NCBI RefSeq assembly: GCF_036321535.1
Contig: NC_087436.1
Location: 56,546,001 to 56,610,000 of the forward strand
Direction of reading: 5' to 3'
DNA length: 64,000 bases
From: Camelus dromedarius
Lineage: Eukaryota
Under the pieces are notes generated by a model. It worked only from the letters and a program-made list of their open reading frames with translations, was not told the origin of the DNA and did not search any database. The position numbers and the translations under genes were made by a program. Below, piece by piece: positions 13,217 to 26,159 of this stretch (the stretch's first letter is position 1; each line of letters begins with the position of its first letter).

Positions 13217-13749
13217 ACTGCTCTTTCTGGGTATGTTTGACAGCTCCTTACTCCCACAGTCTTTTAACGCGGGGCTTCCTCAGTCAGGGATGCAGATCCC
13301 ACACTGAGCCCATAAAACAATTAGTGGGAGGCCTTGGCATTGCATTCAAAGACCTTTATAAAAAGCCAGTGTAGCTGGCTGTGTGAAATCTGACGTGTGG
13401 GGAGCCCCCATAAAACTCTTTAATGGAAACCGGGGGCTTCTTCTGGAAAAGGTTGAGAAGCTGGCCCAAAGCTGTATAATTAATGCAGTCATTTAACAAG
13501 AGACAACAAGCATTTCAATAAAAACAATCAAAAAGCTATAAAAAAAAACCTTCAAAATTCTGGGCAATATTTTACGTTTATAAAAAGTTGAAATAACTGC
13601 TCTTTAGAAAGAAGAGTTTGCTTACATATTGGGAAGGTGCTTTTGTTTGTTACTACATTTAGAAGAATTTGTCCTAATGCCTTTCAACTAATACAAAACA
13701 GAATTAACATCCCTTTTCCTTTTTCAATGTACCCACCACACCTGATTTT

Positions 13750-14144
13750 GTTTTGCTTTGTAATTCTTTTTCTTACTGAAGTATAATTAAGACTTATAAC
13801 ACTGTATTAGCTTTAGATGTACAGCATAATGATTTGATAGATGTATATATTGTAAAATGACTACCACAATTAAGTTTAGTTAACATCCAATGCCACATAT
13901 AGTTACAAGCTTTCTTTTTCTTGTCATGAGAACTTTTAAGATCTACTCCATTATTAACTATCAAATATACGATACCATATTGTTAATCCTAGTCACCCTA
14001 CTGCTCATTACATTCCCAGGACTTAAAAACCAAACTCTTACTGACATACAGAGAATAGACTGGTGGTCGTCACAAAAGAGGGTGGAGGAAATGCATGATG
14101 GTGGTCAAAGGTACAGACTTCCAGTTTTAAGATAAATAAGTCTG
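13750..14144 (-). mobile_element. L1MA9-like 3' end with inverted 5' segment
   Basis: Antisense L1 terminus 13765-14025 (gagaacttttaagatctactc...cattacattcccaggactta) is joined to a sense segment 14026-14142 (acagagaatagactggtggt...gtggtcaaaggtacagacttccagttttaagataaataagtc). It is flanked by a 12/14-matching direct repeat. Confidence 0.85.
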
Positions 14145-15099
14145 CCACATCTGTTTTTAAACCTCATATAAAATTGAGTTTGAAGAATCTCCTGGAAATT
14201 CTAAACCCCAAAACAGTGAAAACTTACAAGGATACACTTTTTCTACTAGTGGCACAGCAATCCAATATAGAGTTGAAAGATTATTAACAGTCACATATGA
14301 CTGAAAGACAATTTCTTTTGAAGAACAGAATAAAGAATATGATAGCAAAATAACAGCATTGTCCCCACTTTTATTCACCAGTTTTTTCAAATAGGGAAAC
14401 ATGACTCAAAGTATATCCTCATATAATAGCACGATCCTAATCATGTACTGGGAAGGAAGGCCAGATGGAGAATAAGGAGATCAAATTTAAGTGACATCAC
14501 AAAACCAGACTGTCTGGCCTGAACCTCTGACTGGGGAAGAATGGTGGGTGGGGAAGGGAGAGGGCACAGTGGGAAAGAAGTGTCTCTTGTAAACATCCAA
14601 TTAGATACAAGGCACCCAAAGAACATCTCACCTGGAGGCCCACATCCCAGGCATCACCACGGGAAGGCTGCAGGCCTCTAAAACAACGTTGATTCAACTT
14701 CGAGTGAAGACTTCATACTAGGTCACAAATCAACTTACCAGATCATGAATAGCATTTTCCAAATGTTTTAGAATAACATAAATGTTAAGATGTATCTCAA
14801 GTAGCAACGATAAATATTGGTTTGTGAACCTTTTGTTTCCCTGCTAGACTATAGTTTTAAATGTGTTTACTATAGTTCATAGCAAAACACTGTGAAAGCA
14901 ATTGCCCTAAGGGAAGACCAACCATCAGTTCAACTCTGTATATTACATGACACAGGAGTATTAATACAGCTTGGAAGAAGGTGGTGACCGGTATACTGAA
15001 AGCATGCTCTGGGTATTCATGGTTTGGGCATGGCTTGCAAAGGATTCAGAACATCCTACAAGTCCCACTGAGAGATAAAGCTCACTGAGAGGGCTGGTG

Positions 15100-15605
15100 G
15101 GCTGGCAGAGGCCTAGGATCACAATAAAGGGTTGCATTATTTGAGGTCTCCAAAACTAAAAGTAAATAACTGGGATCGTGGGCTTCAGTGGTAAATACCT
15201 ATATGTTAATCAAAAAGGCAGAGTAAACCAGTCACCCCTCAACTAACACATGTCTAGACTCACATCAAACCAGGCTCCCAGTGGCAGGTTATATATGCCA
15301 CTTCAGGGCTCAGGCAGAAAGAAAGCTGATGGGCCTTCTCCACATTCTCTCTTCTGCCCTATGGCACTTGGATGGGAACTTTTGGAAATTGCTAAAGACA
15401 GTGACACACCTACTAGCCAGATCCCTGAACAACGATATGGAGCCAAGCCCACTTGCCTTCCACCTAATTTCCAGCCACCACACACCTAGTTAGCAGTCAC
15501 AACTCTTACTCTGTACTTAGGAGGGAAATAAACCCCTAGTGTGTTAATCCATTTGTATTTGGAGATTTATCTGTTACAAGGACTATATTAACCTTAGCAA
15601 GTACA
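15100..15605 (+). mobile_element. Old MaLR LTR (MLT1H-J-like), 5' boundary uncertain
   Basis: The 3' end gaaataaacccctagtgtgttaatccatttgtatttggagatttatctgttacaag...gcaagtaca fits MLT1 LTR termini. Confidence 0.55.
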
Positions 15606-15929
15606 CGCCTCTAAGTGGTGATACCCCAAACCACTGCCTAAGATTGAAAGTTATCACCTTGGTGAGTCACCATTACTAATGGGAGTGCATTACATAGATG
15701 CACTGGAGCAGAACAGAGATTGAAAATGCTATGATTGCAGTATTATGCAATACTTTTCAAACCTCTGATATTGTGGTATCAGTTATCAGGGCTTAAAAAT
15801 TCACTTATATAATTTGACATTATATTGTCTCTACAAATGATTTGGCAAGTATCATGAGGTGAATAAAAATTCCTCAATTTCCACAGAGTACACCAAAAAC
15901 CACAGCTACCAGGAGTCCTAGAATCAGAA

Positions 15930-16278
15930 CAAGAAAACATGCACTATAAACTCCAGCAAAACCAAGTTGCCTGTAGTTCTTAAACACATGACACGTACTT
16001 TCTTCTTTGTTCATATCAGCCAACAAGCTCCCTTTATGTTTCAAAACACAGCTCACATGTCACCTTCACTTAGCAAACTTCTTCCTACCCTCAATCCTAG
16101 ACAGTTAACCATTGCCACCTCCTACCTTTTTCACAGCACATTGTAATTGAATGGTTTACACATCAGTTCTCTCTTCTAGATATACTAAGTGAAAGTTTGA
16201 GTCTCGTTGATCTCAGAGGCTGGCACCAAGTCAGTAAAATGTGGACTCTAAATAAACATTGATAAATGAACAAGTGAA
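15930..16278 (+). mobile_element. L2 3' end
   Basis: ttcaaaacacagctcacatgtcaccttc...ctctaaataaacattgataaatgaacaagtgaa tail. Confidence 0.7.
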
Positions 16279-17462
16279 TATTTTCTCAGCTCATCTCACT
16301 GTACAAAGACAAGAAGCTAGACTGGTCTGTTCTGAATACACTGGTGTGTATCAAATATCCAAAAAATAAGTCAACAAGGTGGAAAGCAGGATACAGTATG
16401 CATGGTTGATGTAAGTACTGGATGAGTCAGTGTACTCTAATAAATTCTCTCTTTTATCGACAAGAGTTTTTGCACTGAATTATCTGAAATTTTTAATACT
16501 GTAGTTTAACTTCAAAACATAACAGAAATAAGCAGTTATACCTAAAAATACACATTTATAAATTACATCAAAGAATGCAACTTACATGTATAGTTTACTT
16601 GGCTTGATTGAGTCTCATTTTTTGCCACTGGTCTCAAATGGCAGGAAAGAATTCAAGAGACTTGAATTTACTTCAATGAATTCATCAGGAGTCCCAAAGT
16701 AAGCTCACAGCATTTCTATCACCAGATACTTGGTACGATTTTTTTTTTTTAATTTTGAAAGAGGAAAAAAAAAACTGCAGAAGACATAAAATAGGCATGC
16801 TTTGAAGTAAAATCTCTTCTAATGAGGCCAGAAGGTTCTCAGAGGAAATATGAGAGTAGCTTTCCTTATCTCAAAGTCCCTGAGTTGCCATAAACGTACC
16901 TCAGCCTTGCAAAGCACACTGTCCAAAGTAATACCAGAATCTTCTGTGTGAATATGTGACCAAAAGCTTCACTGCTAGACCTTGGAGCATATCTTAAACT
17001 AGCTTTGCAAACCTAGAATGCCTTTTACAGACTTTTAAAAATGACAAAGTTTCAAGAACAGTCTCCTATGAGGGTGTTAGTGAATGACAATGCCACTTTG
17101 GGACCCAACTCAGATACTTCTGTAGCTAGAACAAACAGTAACTTACAGGGAAATATGAAAATTAATTAACATTCCAAGGATCCCATGCAACCACAGGCAT
17201 TTGGAAGCACAATAGGCCCCACATTCTCCAGCCTTTCAGCCGTGTAGAGGCTTCTAAGTGGGTGTGGTCCAGAAGTGACCTTGAAAATGTGCAAAGACCA
17301 TCTGCACTACCACAGTATACCTCTTGCAACACCTCACAAATGATTACAGGAAGAAGGAGAAACAAATGAATAGTATTTAAGATCAGAAAGAGGAAGAACA
17401 AGAAATGAAATTAGGAGGTTTCAGGAAAGCATCTTCATAGGCCTATTAAGTAAGAAGACTGG

Positions 17463-17648
17463 GATAGCATTTATCACTAAAATTTGCTTACTCTGTGCTA
17501 GGTATTCTACATACCTTACATATATTAAATATTTTAATCTTTACAACAGTTTCTTGAGGTGGGCACTACTATCTCCTTTTTATATGTGAGAAAGCTAAAG
17601 CACAGAGCAATTAAGTAACTTGCCCAAGGCCACATACCTCTAAGTAAC
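17463..17648 (-). mobile_element. MIR SINE
   Basis: gcttactctgtgctaggtatt...ttaatctttacaacagtttcttgaggtgggcactactatctcc...aagtaacttgcccaaggccaca. Confidence 0.85.
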
Positions 17649-17663
17649 ACACATCTCTAAGTC

Positions 17664-20032
17664 TAAGAGACTACTACGAACTGCTATATGCCAACAAATT
17701 GGACAATCTAAAAGAGATGGATAAATTCTTAGAATCATACATCCTTCCAAGACTGAATGAGGAAGAAATAGAAAATATGAAAAGACCAATGACTAGTTAG
17801 GAGGCTGAAACAGTAATCAAAACCTCCCCTAAAAATGAGAAGTCCAGGACCAGATGGCTTCATTGGTGAATAATTCAACCAAAAATTTAAAGATTTAATT
17901 CTGATCCTTCTCAAACTCTTCCAAAAAACTGAAATTCCTAATTCATTTTGAAAGGCCAACATTACCTTGATACCAAAACCAGACAACAATAACACAAAAA
18001 AGAGAAAAGTACAGTCCACTACCACTGATAACCCTCAATGTAAAAATCCTCAACAATGTATTAATGAACCAAATTCAACAATACTTTAGAGAATAGTACA
18101 CCATGATCAAGTGGGATTTATTCCAAGGATGCAAGGATGGTTCAATATCTACAAATCATTCAACATGATATATCACATTAACAAAATTATGGATAAAAAT
18201 CATATGACCATCTCAATAGACACAGAAAAAGCATCCTATAAGATTCAACTTCCAATAAAATGGGTATAGAAGAAATGTACCTCAACATAATAAAGGCCAT
18301 ATATGACAAACCCACAGCTAACATCATACTCAATGGTGAAAAACTGAAAGCTATCTTTCTAAGTTCAGGAATAAGACAAGAATGCCCACTATCCCCAGTC
18401 TTATTCAATGTTAACACTGGAAGTCCTAGAGCAATTAGGCAAGAAAAATAAAAGGCATCCAAATTGGAAAGGAAAGAAAACTGTCACTGTTTTCTGTTGA
18501 CATTTTATATACAGAAAATGCTAAAGACACCACCAAAAAATATTAGAAACAATAAACGAATACCATTAAGTTGCAGGGTACAAAGTTAATATACAAAAAT
18601 CTGTTGTATTCCCATGCACTAACAACAAACCTGCAGGAAGAACAATTAAGAAAACAATCCCATTTACAATTGCAACAATACCTGGAAATAAATTTAACCA
18701 AGGAGATGAAAGACCTGTACGCTGGAAACTATAAGACACTGTTGAAAGAAATTGAAAGAGACACAAATAAATGGAAAGCTATTCCATGCTCATGAATGGA
18801 AAGAATCAACATTGTTAAAATGTCCACATTACCTAAAGCAATCCAGATTCAATGCAATCCCTATTAAAATCCCAAGGACATTTTTTTTTGCTTTCACAGA
18901 AATAGAAAAAAAAAATCCTAAAATGCATGAAAACACAAAAGATTCCAAATAGCCAAAGAATTCTGAGAAAAGAGAACAAAACTGGAGTTACCACATTATA
19001 TTTCAAATTATATCACAAAGCTGTAATAATAAAGACAGCATAGTATCCAGAAAAACAGACACATAGATCGATGAAACTAAATTGAGAGCCCAGAAATAAA
19101 CTCATACATTCATGAACAACTAACTTACGACAAAGGAGACACAAACATACAATGCAGAAAGGAAATTCTCTTCAGTATGGTATTGTGAAAACTGGACAGC
19201 CACATGCAAAAGAATTTAACTAGACCACTATCATACACAAAATTTAACACAAAATGGACTAAGGACTTGACTGTAAGAGCTGAACGAAAAAACTCCCAGA
19301 AGAAAACCTAAGCAGCACGTTCTTTGACATCACATCAGTCTTAGCAACATCTTTTTAAATACGTCTCCTCAAAGAAGGGAAACAAAAGCAAACAAGTGGG
19401 ACAGTATCAAACTAAAAAGTTCATGCACAAAGGAAACCATTAATAAAACAAAAAGACAACCTACCAAATTGGAGAATATATTTGCAAATCATATATCTGA
19501 TAAGGGGTTGATATTCAAACTATATTTAAAAACCTCATACCATTCAATAGTAACAAAAAACTCCAATCTGATCAAAAAATGGGAAGAGGATATGAATAGA
19601 TGTTTTTCCAAAGACATACAGATGGCCAATGGGTATACGAAAAGATGTTCAATCTTATTAATTATTATGGAAATGCAAATCAGAACCCACAATGAGATAT
19701 CACCTCATGTCTGCTAGAATGGTTATTATCAAAAAGACAAGAAATTACAGGAGGTGGAGAGGATGCAGACAAAAGTGAACCCTTATACATCCTTGATAGA
19801 AATGTAAATTGGTGCAGCCATTATAGAAAACAATATAGAAAGTCCTCAAAATATTAAGAACAAAACTACAATATCATCCAGTTATTCCACTTCTGGGTAT
19901 TTATCTGAAGAATAAAAACACTAATTCTAAAAGAAATATGTACCGCTATGTTCACTGCAGCATTCTTCACAATAGCCAAAATATGGAAATAGCTTAAGTG
20001 CCCATGAGCAGATAAATGGATAAAGATGATGT

Positions 20033-20069
<37 letters not shown>

Positions 20070-20493
20070 ACGCGCGTGTGTGTGTATGAATGTATATAAT
20101 TGAATACTACTCAGCCATAAAGAGATGCAATCTTGCCATTTGTGATAACATGGATGAGCCTTGAAGGTGTTACGCTAAGTGAAATAAGATGGAGAAAGAC
20201 AAATACCATACAAATTCACTCATGTGTGGAATTAAAAAAACACCAAAAAACAAAAATAAATGCATAGATATATAAATAATAGATCAGCATTTACCAGAGA
20301 GGAAGTAGGGAGGGTAAAGAGAGAGGGCAAGGGGGCAGGGCAGGGTGAAATGGATAAAAGGGGTCAATTGTATGGGACAGATAGAAACTAAACTTCTGGT
20401 GGTGAGTACACTGTAGTATATACAGATGCCAATTACAGTATTGTACACATAAAACTTGTATAATATTATAAACCAATGTTACCCAATAAAAAA
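17664..20493 (+). mobile_element. 5'-truncated LINE1 (~2.8 kb: ORF2 RT and C-terminal region plus 3' UTR), disrupted
   Basis: ORF2 fragments: [45 protein letters not shown] (18260), [38 protein letters not shown] (18571), ENIFANHISDKGLI (19469). It ends in a G-rich 3' UTR and aataaaaaa. Confidence 0.95.
20036..20085. repeat. (TG)n microsatellite with CGCACGCGCG core, inside the L1 3' region
   Basis: gtgtgtgt...gtgcgcacgcgcgtgtgtgtgt seen directly. Confidence 0.95.
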
Positions 20494-20679
20494 GAATAAG
20501 TTCATGAAGAGCACATAAGAACCATATAAGGGGAATTAATCAAGCAAAGAATATGGGTTTTTCATAATTATGAAAATAATTCACTCAGAATTATGAAAAA
20601 CGAATTCTAAATGAAGAGAAGATATGTGACATAGATGCATTAACAAGGTACCACTGCATTTGACGAAAAGTCCTGTCTT

Positions 20680-21030
20680 CATCTGCAGATATCCATCAGT
20701 TTACTCATGACTAAGCTTTTGAAATGAATTACTACCTCTAGTAAGAGGGCTGAAGCTAAAGATAAAATCTGGGGATCACTGACACACAGATGGCATTGAG
20801 AGCCTTGAGAAGGAGTGATATCATTACACATAATGATAGAAAAAAAGGAGAAGCCGATGTGAACAAGACCTTGAAGAGCTCTGCCATTTAGAGGTTTGGG
20901 ATGAGAAGCAAGCAAGACCACGGAGTTGAGAGTAGTAAGATAACTAGGAGAGAAGAGCATCACAGAGGGCATGAGACAATAATGTTTCAAGAAGGAGACG
21001 GAAATAATGCCTGTTGAATAAATTAACAAG
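20680..21030 (-). mobile_element. L2 fragment
   Basis: gggctgaagctaaagataaaatctggggatcactgacacacagatggcattgagagcc...gtttcaagaaggag is typical antisense L2. Confidence 0.65.
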
Positions 21031-24000
21031 TGGCCAAAATGCCAAAATCAAATGCAGTATATAAAACATCAGACATATACACTAATATGTTAAATCTACC
21101 CTTACAAAATTCTGGAATTGCAATATAGTATCAAAACTTCCGTGTCAGTCTAGAAGGTACAATTCTTAAGAAAAATATCTTCTCATTTCCTATTCAAGGT
21201 TAACAGATGAAATTTCCCGTATTTATTTAGAATGGACACTTCCTGAAGAACATTTAACTTGTAAAGACCTCAGGCATGTAAATTCCCATGAATTCTACTA
21301 CTAGACAGAAAAAGTAACGTCATTCAGCTAACCCTGAAGACACCCTGGCATTGGAGAAGCAAAGATTTCCCAGGCTAGTATATAAGTCACTATCCCTTCC
21401 CTGAATGAATTCACAGGCTAAAGTGGGGACACATACAAGTAAGTCCAAACGAAAAGTGAGCACATTTTTGTACAGTGTGATACGCAGACGACGGTGATAA
21501 GGATTCTAGAGAGCTGTGGAGTTGGCCTCTTTTTCTACCCAGAGGTTCTGGTAAGGGAGTCGATAAAATAAGATGGCACTGTCTGAATTACATCTTAATA
21601 GACAGTTAGGTAAAGAGAGAATGGAGAAGAGAGGAGTTCAGGAGAAAGAGGACTGAGCATTTGGACAGGCAATTACCTTGTTTGTGGCCGGAGAAGTGAA
21701 TCCTGAATGCTCCTACCACACCATAGGACTCAAATATTTCCTGTGTGGGTGACTTAATATTAATATAGCATGATTTTCTTTTACTTGTCATAGGCAATGC
21801 CATTCTGGGTCAGACACCACAAAAACTGCCTTTCTCTCATTTAAAAGGTAAGTATTACCAATGATAGATTTTCCGGGTTTATGGTATAGTCAGTGTCTCT
21901 TCACCATGAGAGTGTGTCACACTGAGAGATTTTTCCAAAATGTTTCTGCCGCCGCCACAATTCTAAAGCAATACGTCCGGAACAGGGCACAGGCATGTGC
22001 TTTGTAAAAAAAAAAAAACCTCCCTGCGTGACCACTCTATTACACTTCTGAGAGTCTCTGATTTGGAGCTGAGGCTGTGGCATCAACAATATGCTAGTTG
22101 GTCCTCAAAGATGACAGCAGATGAAATGCTCTGAGGTATCTACTTGGATATGGGTGGAAAGATCCTGGCAGAGATTATAATCCAAAAGTTGCTCTACAAA
22201 ACTCAGAAACTGACCAAATTACAATACAAAAGATCTTGCTTTTTCAGAGACAAAATGTGTGCCATCTCCTAAAAACTGAAAATAAAAGATATATGATTGC
22301 CTTCAACTATTTAATTCAGTATAACAGATCAGGCCAGAGGGATATAAAACAAAAGAATGTGTCTTTCTGGGATGAACAGTCGGGAGGACTAATAGTGAAT
22401 CACAAAACATTTTTGCTTTTGGCTATTGCCACTCAAATATGAATATTTGTTGTGATTTTTTTCCCCATATAAAACACGAACGTCTGGTTTCAAATGCACT
22501 GGTATTTTAACTGTGATTTTTGACATTAAAAAATTGCAAATATAAAGAAAAAAAGGTTTCGATTTTAATTTGGTCTCCAGAGGCATTTTCAAAGCATTTA
22601 ACCATTTGGGTTCCCAAATCAACTAGACGACTCAAAACTGATCGATTTATCAAAGCAACTACAGAAGGAAAATATCAATCTGAGGAGTTAGATTTAATAG
22701 CCAGGAAAAAGTAGTCACTGGAGATAATATGAATTACATCCAAACACTACTCAGAAGAGAAAAATCTTGGCTGAGCAGAAACTAAGTATTTTCTTGACAA
22801 GAACAAACCTTAGCTGTGAAATACTTCTTTAAAATCACCAAATTACTTGATTAATATTATTATCCATTCATTATTCCTTTGTAGCTTAATACTTTCCCAG
22901 AGGGAAATAAATTTCTATTAATGAAAAAACAGAATGAACAGTTAAAAAAATTTATTAAATTGTAAAACACATCATTGTTTCCTCAGTAGACATAAAAATT
23001 CCATATTTTCCATAAAGACAGAAAAGAAAATAGAGAGATATCCTACCCTGCCCTCCGCATCCCTAGCTGTGATAAATGTGGCCTTTAGGTAAGCTGGGGC
23101 AGCCAGGCAGGCTGGCATTCTGGGTAGGGAGCCCTCAGCACCACAGCTGCGAGGAACACACAGGAATGTAGAATGTACAACATGATCACACCAATCACCT
23201 GTTGGGTATGTATGTAACAGAGTTAATTAAAGAGGGAAAATTGAAGGAAGGCTATGTAAATGTACGATTTGATTAGTCAAGACGCCTGATTTGTATGAAA
23301 TTCAAGTTGACAGAAAATACAGGTGAGTTAATTTTCACTGATTAATCTAAATAAACAATATTTGCGGTAACTGAGTTGTTTTTAGACTATAAACTGATCA
23401 TAACCACTATATGTTTTAAGCTGTTAACTGTTCTACATTAGAAATTAGTTGTCTTCACTACAGAAGCAACACTAAATGATAATAAAGTATGCATATTTTA
23501 ATTATGATTAAAATTGGGAAACCACAAGCAGTATAATAAAAAATGAAACATAATTTCCTACTTAATAAAAATTTAAAAATTCATTTAAATTAACTTACAC
23601 CACTAGATGAGTTGAGAAATTCACAACACAAACAATCTTGACCATTTTAAACTAAAGGAAAAACTACCCCATCTTTGGACAATTTTGTAAAAGAATTCAC
23701 AAACAGTTCATGAGTTAAGTGAAGGTACCTATTTTTAAATAATTCACAAAACAATTCTCATGGTGCCTGCCAAAAATAGAGATTTAAGGATTCCAAGATC
23801 TTCAAGGCTCAGAGTTACTCAAAATAGAGGAGTCAAAATTTAGGTTAGGGCATTTCATATAAAACACTGCTTTTATTTTCTTGTAGCATTTGAAGTATAC
23901 ACATAGAATTTTGAGGGATGACGAAGAAAAACTAATAGCAGAATGCAAAATAACCCAAGCTTGCTTTTCTTGATATTTGCCATGTTGTAGAATAAAAGCA

Positions 24001-24087
24001 AACCAATGCTAAAAAGTGAGTAGGTTCAAATCCAACCTTTTTCATATTTCAGTTTCATGATCTATCTTAAAACCTCAGAGAACTTAC

Positions 24088-24236
24088 CTCCATGCTTGCT
24101 ACCAGAGAAAATATTTTAAGATATTAATTATAACATCTTTCATTTTAGAAGCAAAAGAATGTTTCAGCACTAATTAAAATACTATAATCTTTGATTTCTC
24201 TTACTAATAAGTCACAAATCACTTCGTGGAGATAAA
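24088..24236 (-). other. Candidate exon ending in a start codon (ATG GAG), host gene unidentified
   Basis: Minus strand acceptor gtactacctacctgtgctggtttcag|T and donor gcaagcATGGAG|GTAAGT. The ATG has A at -3 and G at +4. No transcript support is available. Confidence 0.3.
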
Positions 24237-24774
24237 CTGAAACCAGCACAGGTAGGTAGTACAAAGCCAACACAATAAATATTTACCAATTAACTGAAGC
24301 AGGAATGAGCAATTTGAGCTAATTTGATATCCTGAATCCCCATTAACTACTGTACTAATACACATTATCACTTTTTCACATTAAAATTAACATTAAATAT
24401 AACTGAGGTGGAAAAGTGCCTGAAAAGTACTAGTATTTCAAAGTCCCTACTACAGGCACTAATTATGACAGAAGTATACATCTGTAAGTCATACGGCCAC
24501 ATAGATACTGAAATGCTGTCATGCACTGCAATGTATTTTAAATCAAGTCACTGATGTCAGATTGCTATCTAATGAGATGATGTATGACACTGTATTTAAA
24601 GTATAAAGAACTATATAAAGGTTAAATATTACTGTACAGAATATACCTCTGACATCTTTTAACTTCCTTATTATAAGGATTCCATATTTTCCTAAGATCT
24701 AGATGGCAGGTTACTGTCTAATAAGTTTAGGCTGACAAAAGATAAATGTGTATATATTTATTAACTTTACCAAG

Positions 24775-25152
24775 TATGTTAGTTTTCTGCCATAGCAAAG
24801 TACCACATACTGGATGGCTTATACAACAGAAAGTTACTTTCTCACAGTTCTAGAGGCTAGAAGTCCAAGATCAAAACGTTGACAGAGTTGGTTTCTTCTA
24901 AGGCCTCTTTTCTTGGCTTCCAGGTAGCCATCTTCTCTCTGTATCTTCACACAGTCTTTCTTCTGTATTGTTTGTGTCCTAATCTCTCCTACTTCTAAGG
25001 ACATCAGTCATATTGGATTAAGGCTCACTCCTAAAACCTCATTTTAATTTAATACCCTCCCTTTAAAGAACCTATGTTCAAATACAATCACATTCTGAGG
25101 TATGTGAGTTAGGACTAGCACATACAAATTTTAGAGGACACAGCCTCCAACA
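24775..25152 (-). mobile_element. MLT1B-like MaLR solo LTR
   Basis: gccatagcaaagtaccacatactggatggcttatacaacagaaa...ctcacagttctagaggctagaagtccaagatcaa...aaggacatcagtcatattggattaaggctcac...cacattctgaggta. Confidence 0.9.
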
Positions 25153-25769
25153 CTGAGTAAGCATTTGCTTTATGAAGTTCATAACTGAATTCAGTTAAAA
25201 ATATTGGAAGTCAGGTACATTTTAAATGATGCATTTTCCCCCCAAAATTAACATACAACTTTAAAGGAATATAATTTTTATGGAAATAATATGACATCGT
25301 AATTTTTTTCAAGAAACTTTTGAGAGAGTTTATAGTATTAAGACTATGTGAAATATGTTAATAAAATAGAACAGCAACAAAAACAAAAGCAAACACAGAA
25401 ACCGGAAACCGTTACACACTGCAGAGATACAGATATGCGTCAATTCATTCTACTGTCTCCAACAAACACTAAGCTTAACTCTGAATTAATCAGAAAATAA
25501 GGTATAAAAAGAAAGGTAAAGGTGGGAGTATGTGGCTTCTTATCTTTTAGAGAAAGGTAGATGACAAGTTTGTCCAAAGAAAAAAAATTTTGTCCCAACA
25601 GTTAACTTCTTGGAGGAAAGTAAGGAATGGATTAATATAGAAGCATCTCTTAATATCCTGTACTGTAACTTCACTTCTTGGCATGTAATACGCAGTGCCT
25701 ATGCTACATGCATAAACTAACAGGATATGACAAAGCGTTCATAGCTGGGGATTCATTATTTATCCTTTT

Positions 25770-25910
25770 ATTCATTCATTCATTCATTCATTCATTCATT
25801 CATTCAGCACAAATTACTGAGCCGTCCTAGTGCCAGGCACTAACTACTCTAGATGCTTGTGAGTCAAAGAGACCAGAATCCCAGCCCTCACGCAGCTTCT
25901 GTTCTAGTGA
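25770..25910 (-). mobile_element. L2 3' end with expanded (TTCA)n tail
   Basis: About 9 copies of ttca (25771-25806), then attactgagccgtcctagtgccaggcac...ccagccctcacgcagcttctgttctagtg. Confidence 0.85.
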
Positions 25911-26159
25911 ACGTACACTGAGAACAAAGAATCAAAGCATTCACAACACTCTCTTAATCACCCCTTCACTGGAATGAAGCCAAATATATCAGAGATCAGC
26001 AAATGAGACTTGATATAAACATCTTCCCTGTTCTTCAAAATATTACAAGTGAATGCATCAAGAGTTGTGGAAATTCCAACAAATTTAATTAATCTGTAAC
26101 ACAAAGACTAAAGGATTCTATTTTTCAAAGATAGGATAGACTACATTTTAAGCTGTTTA

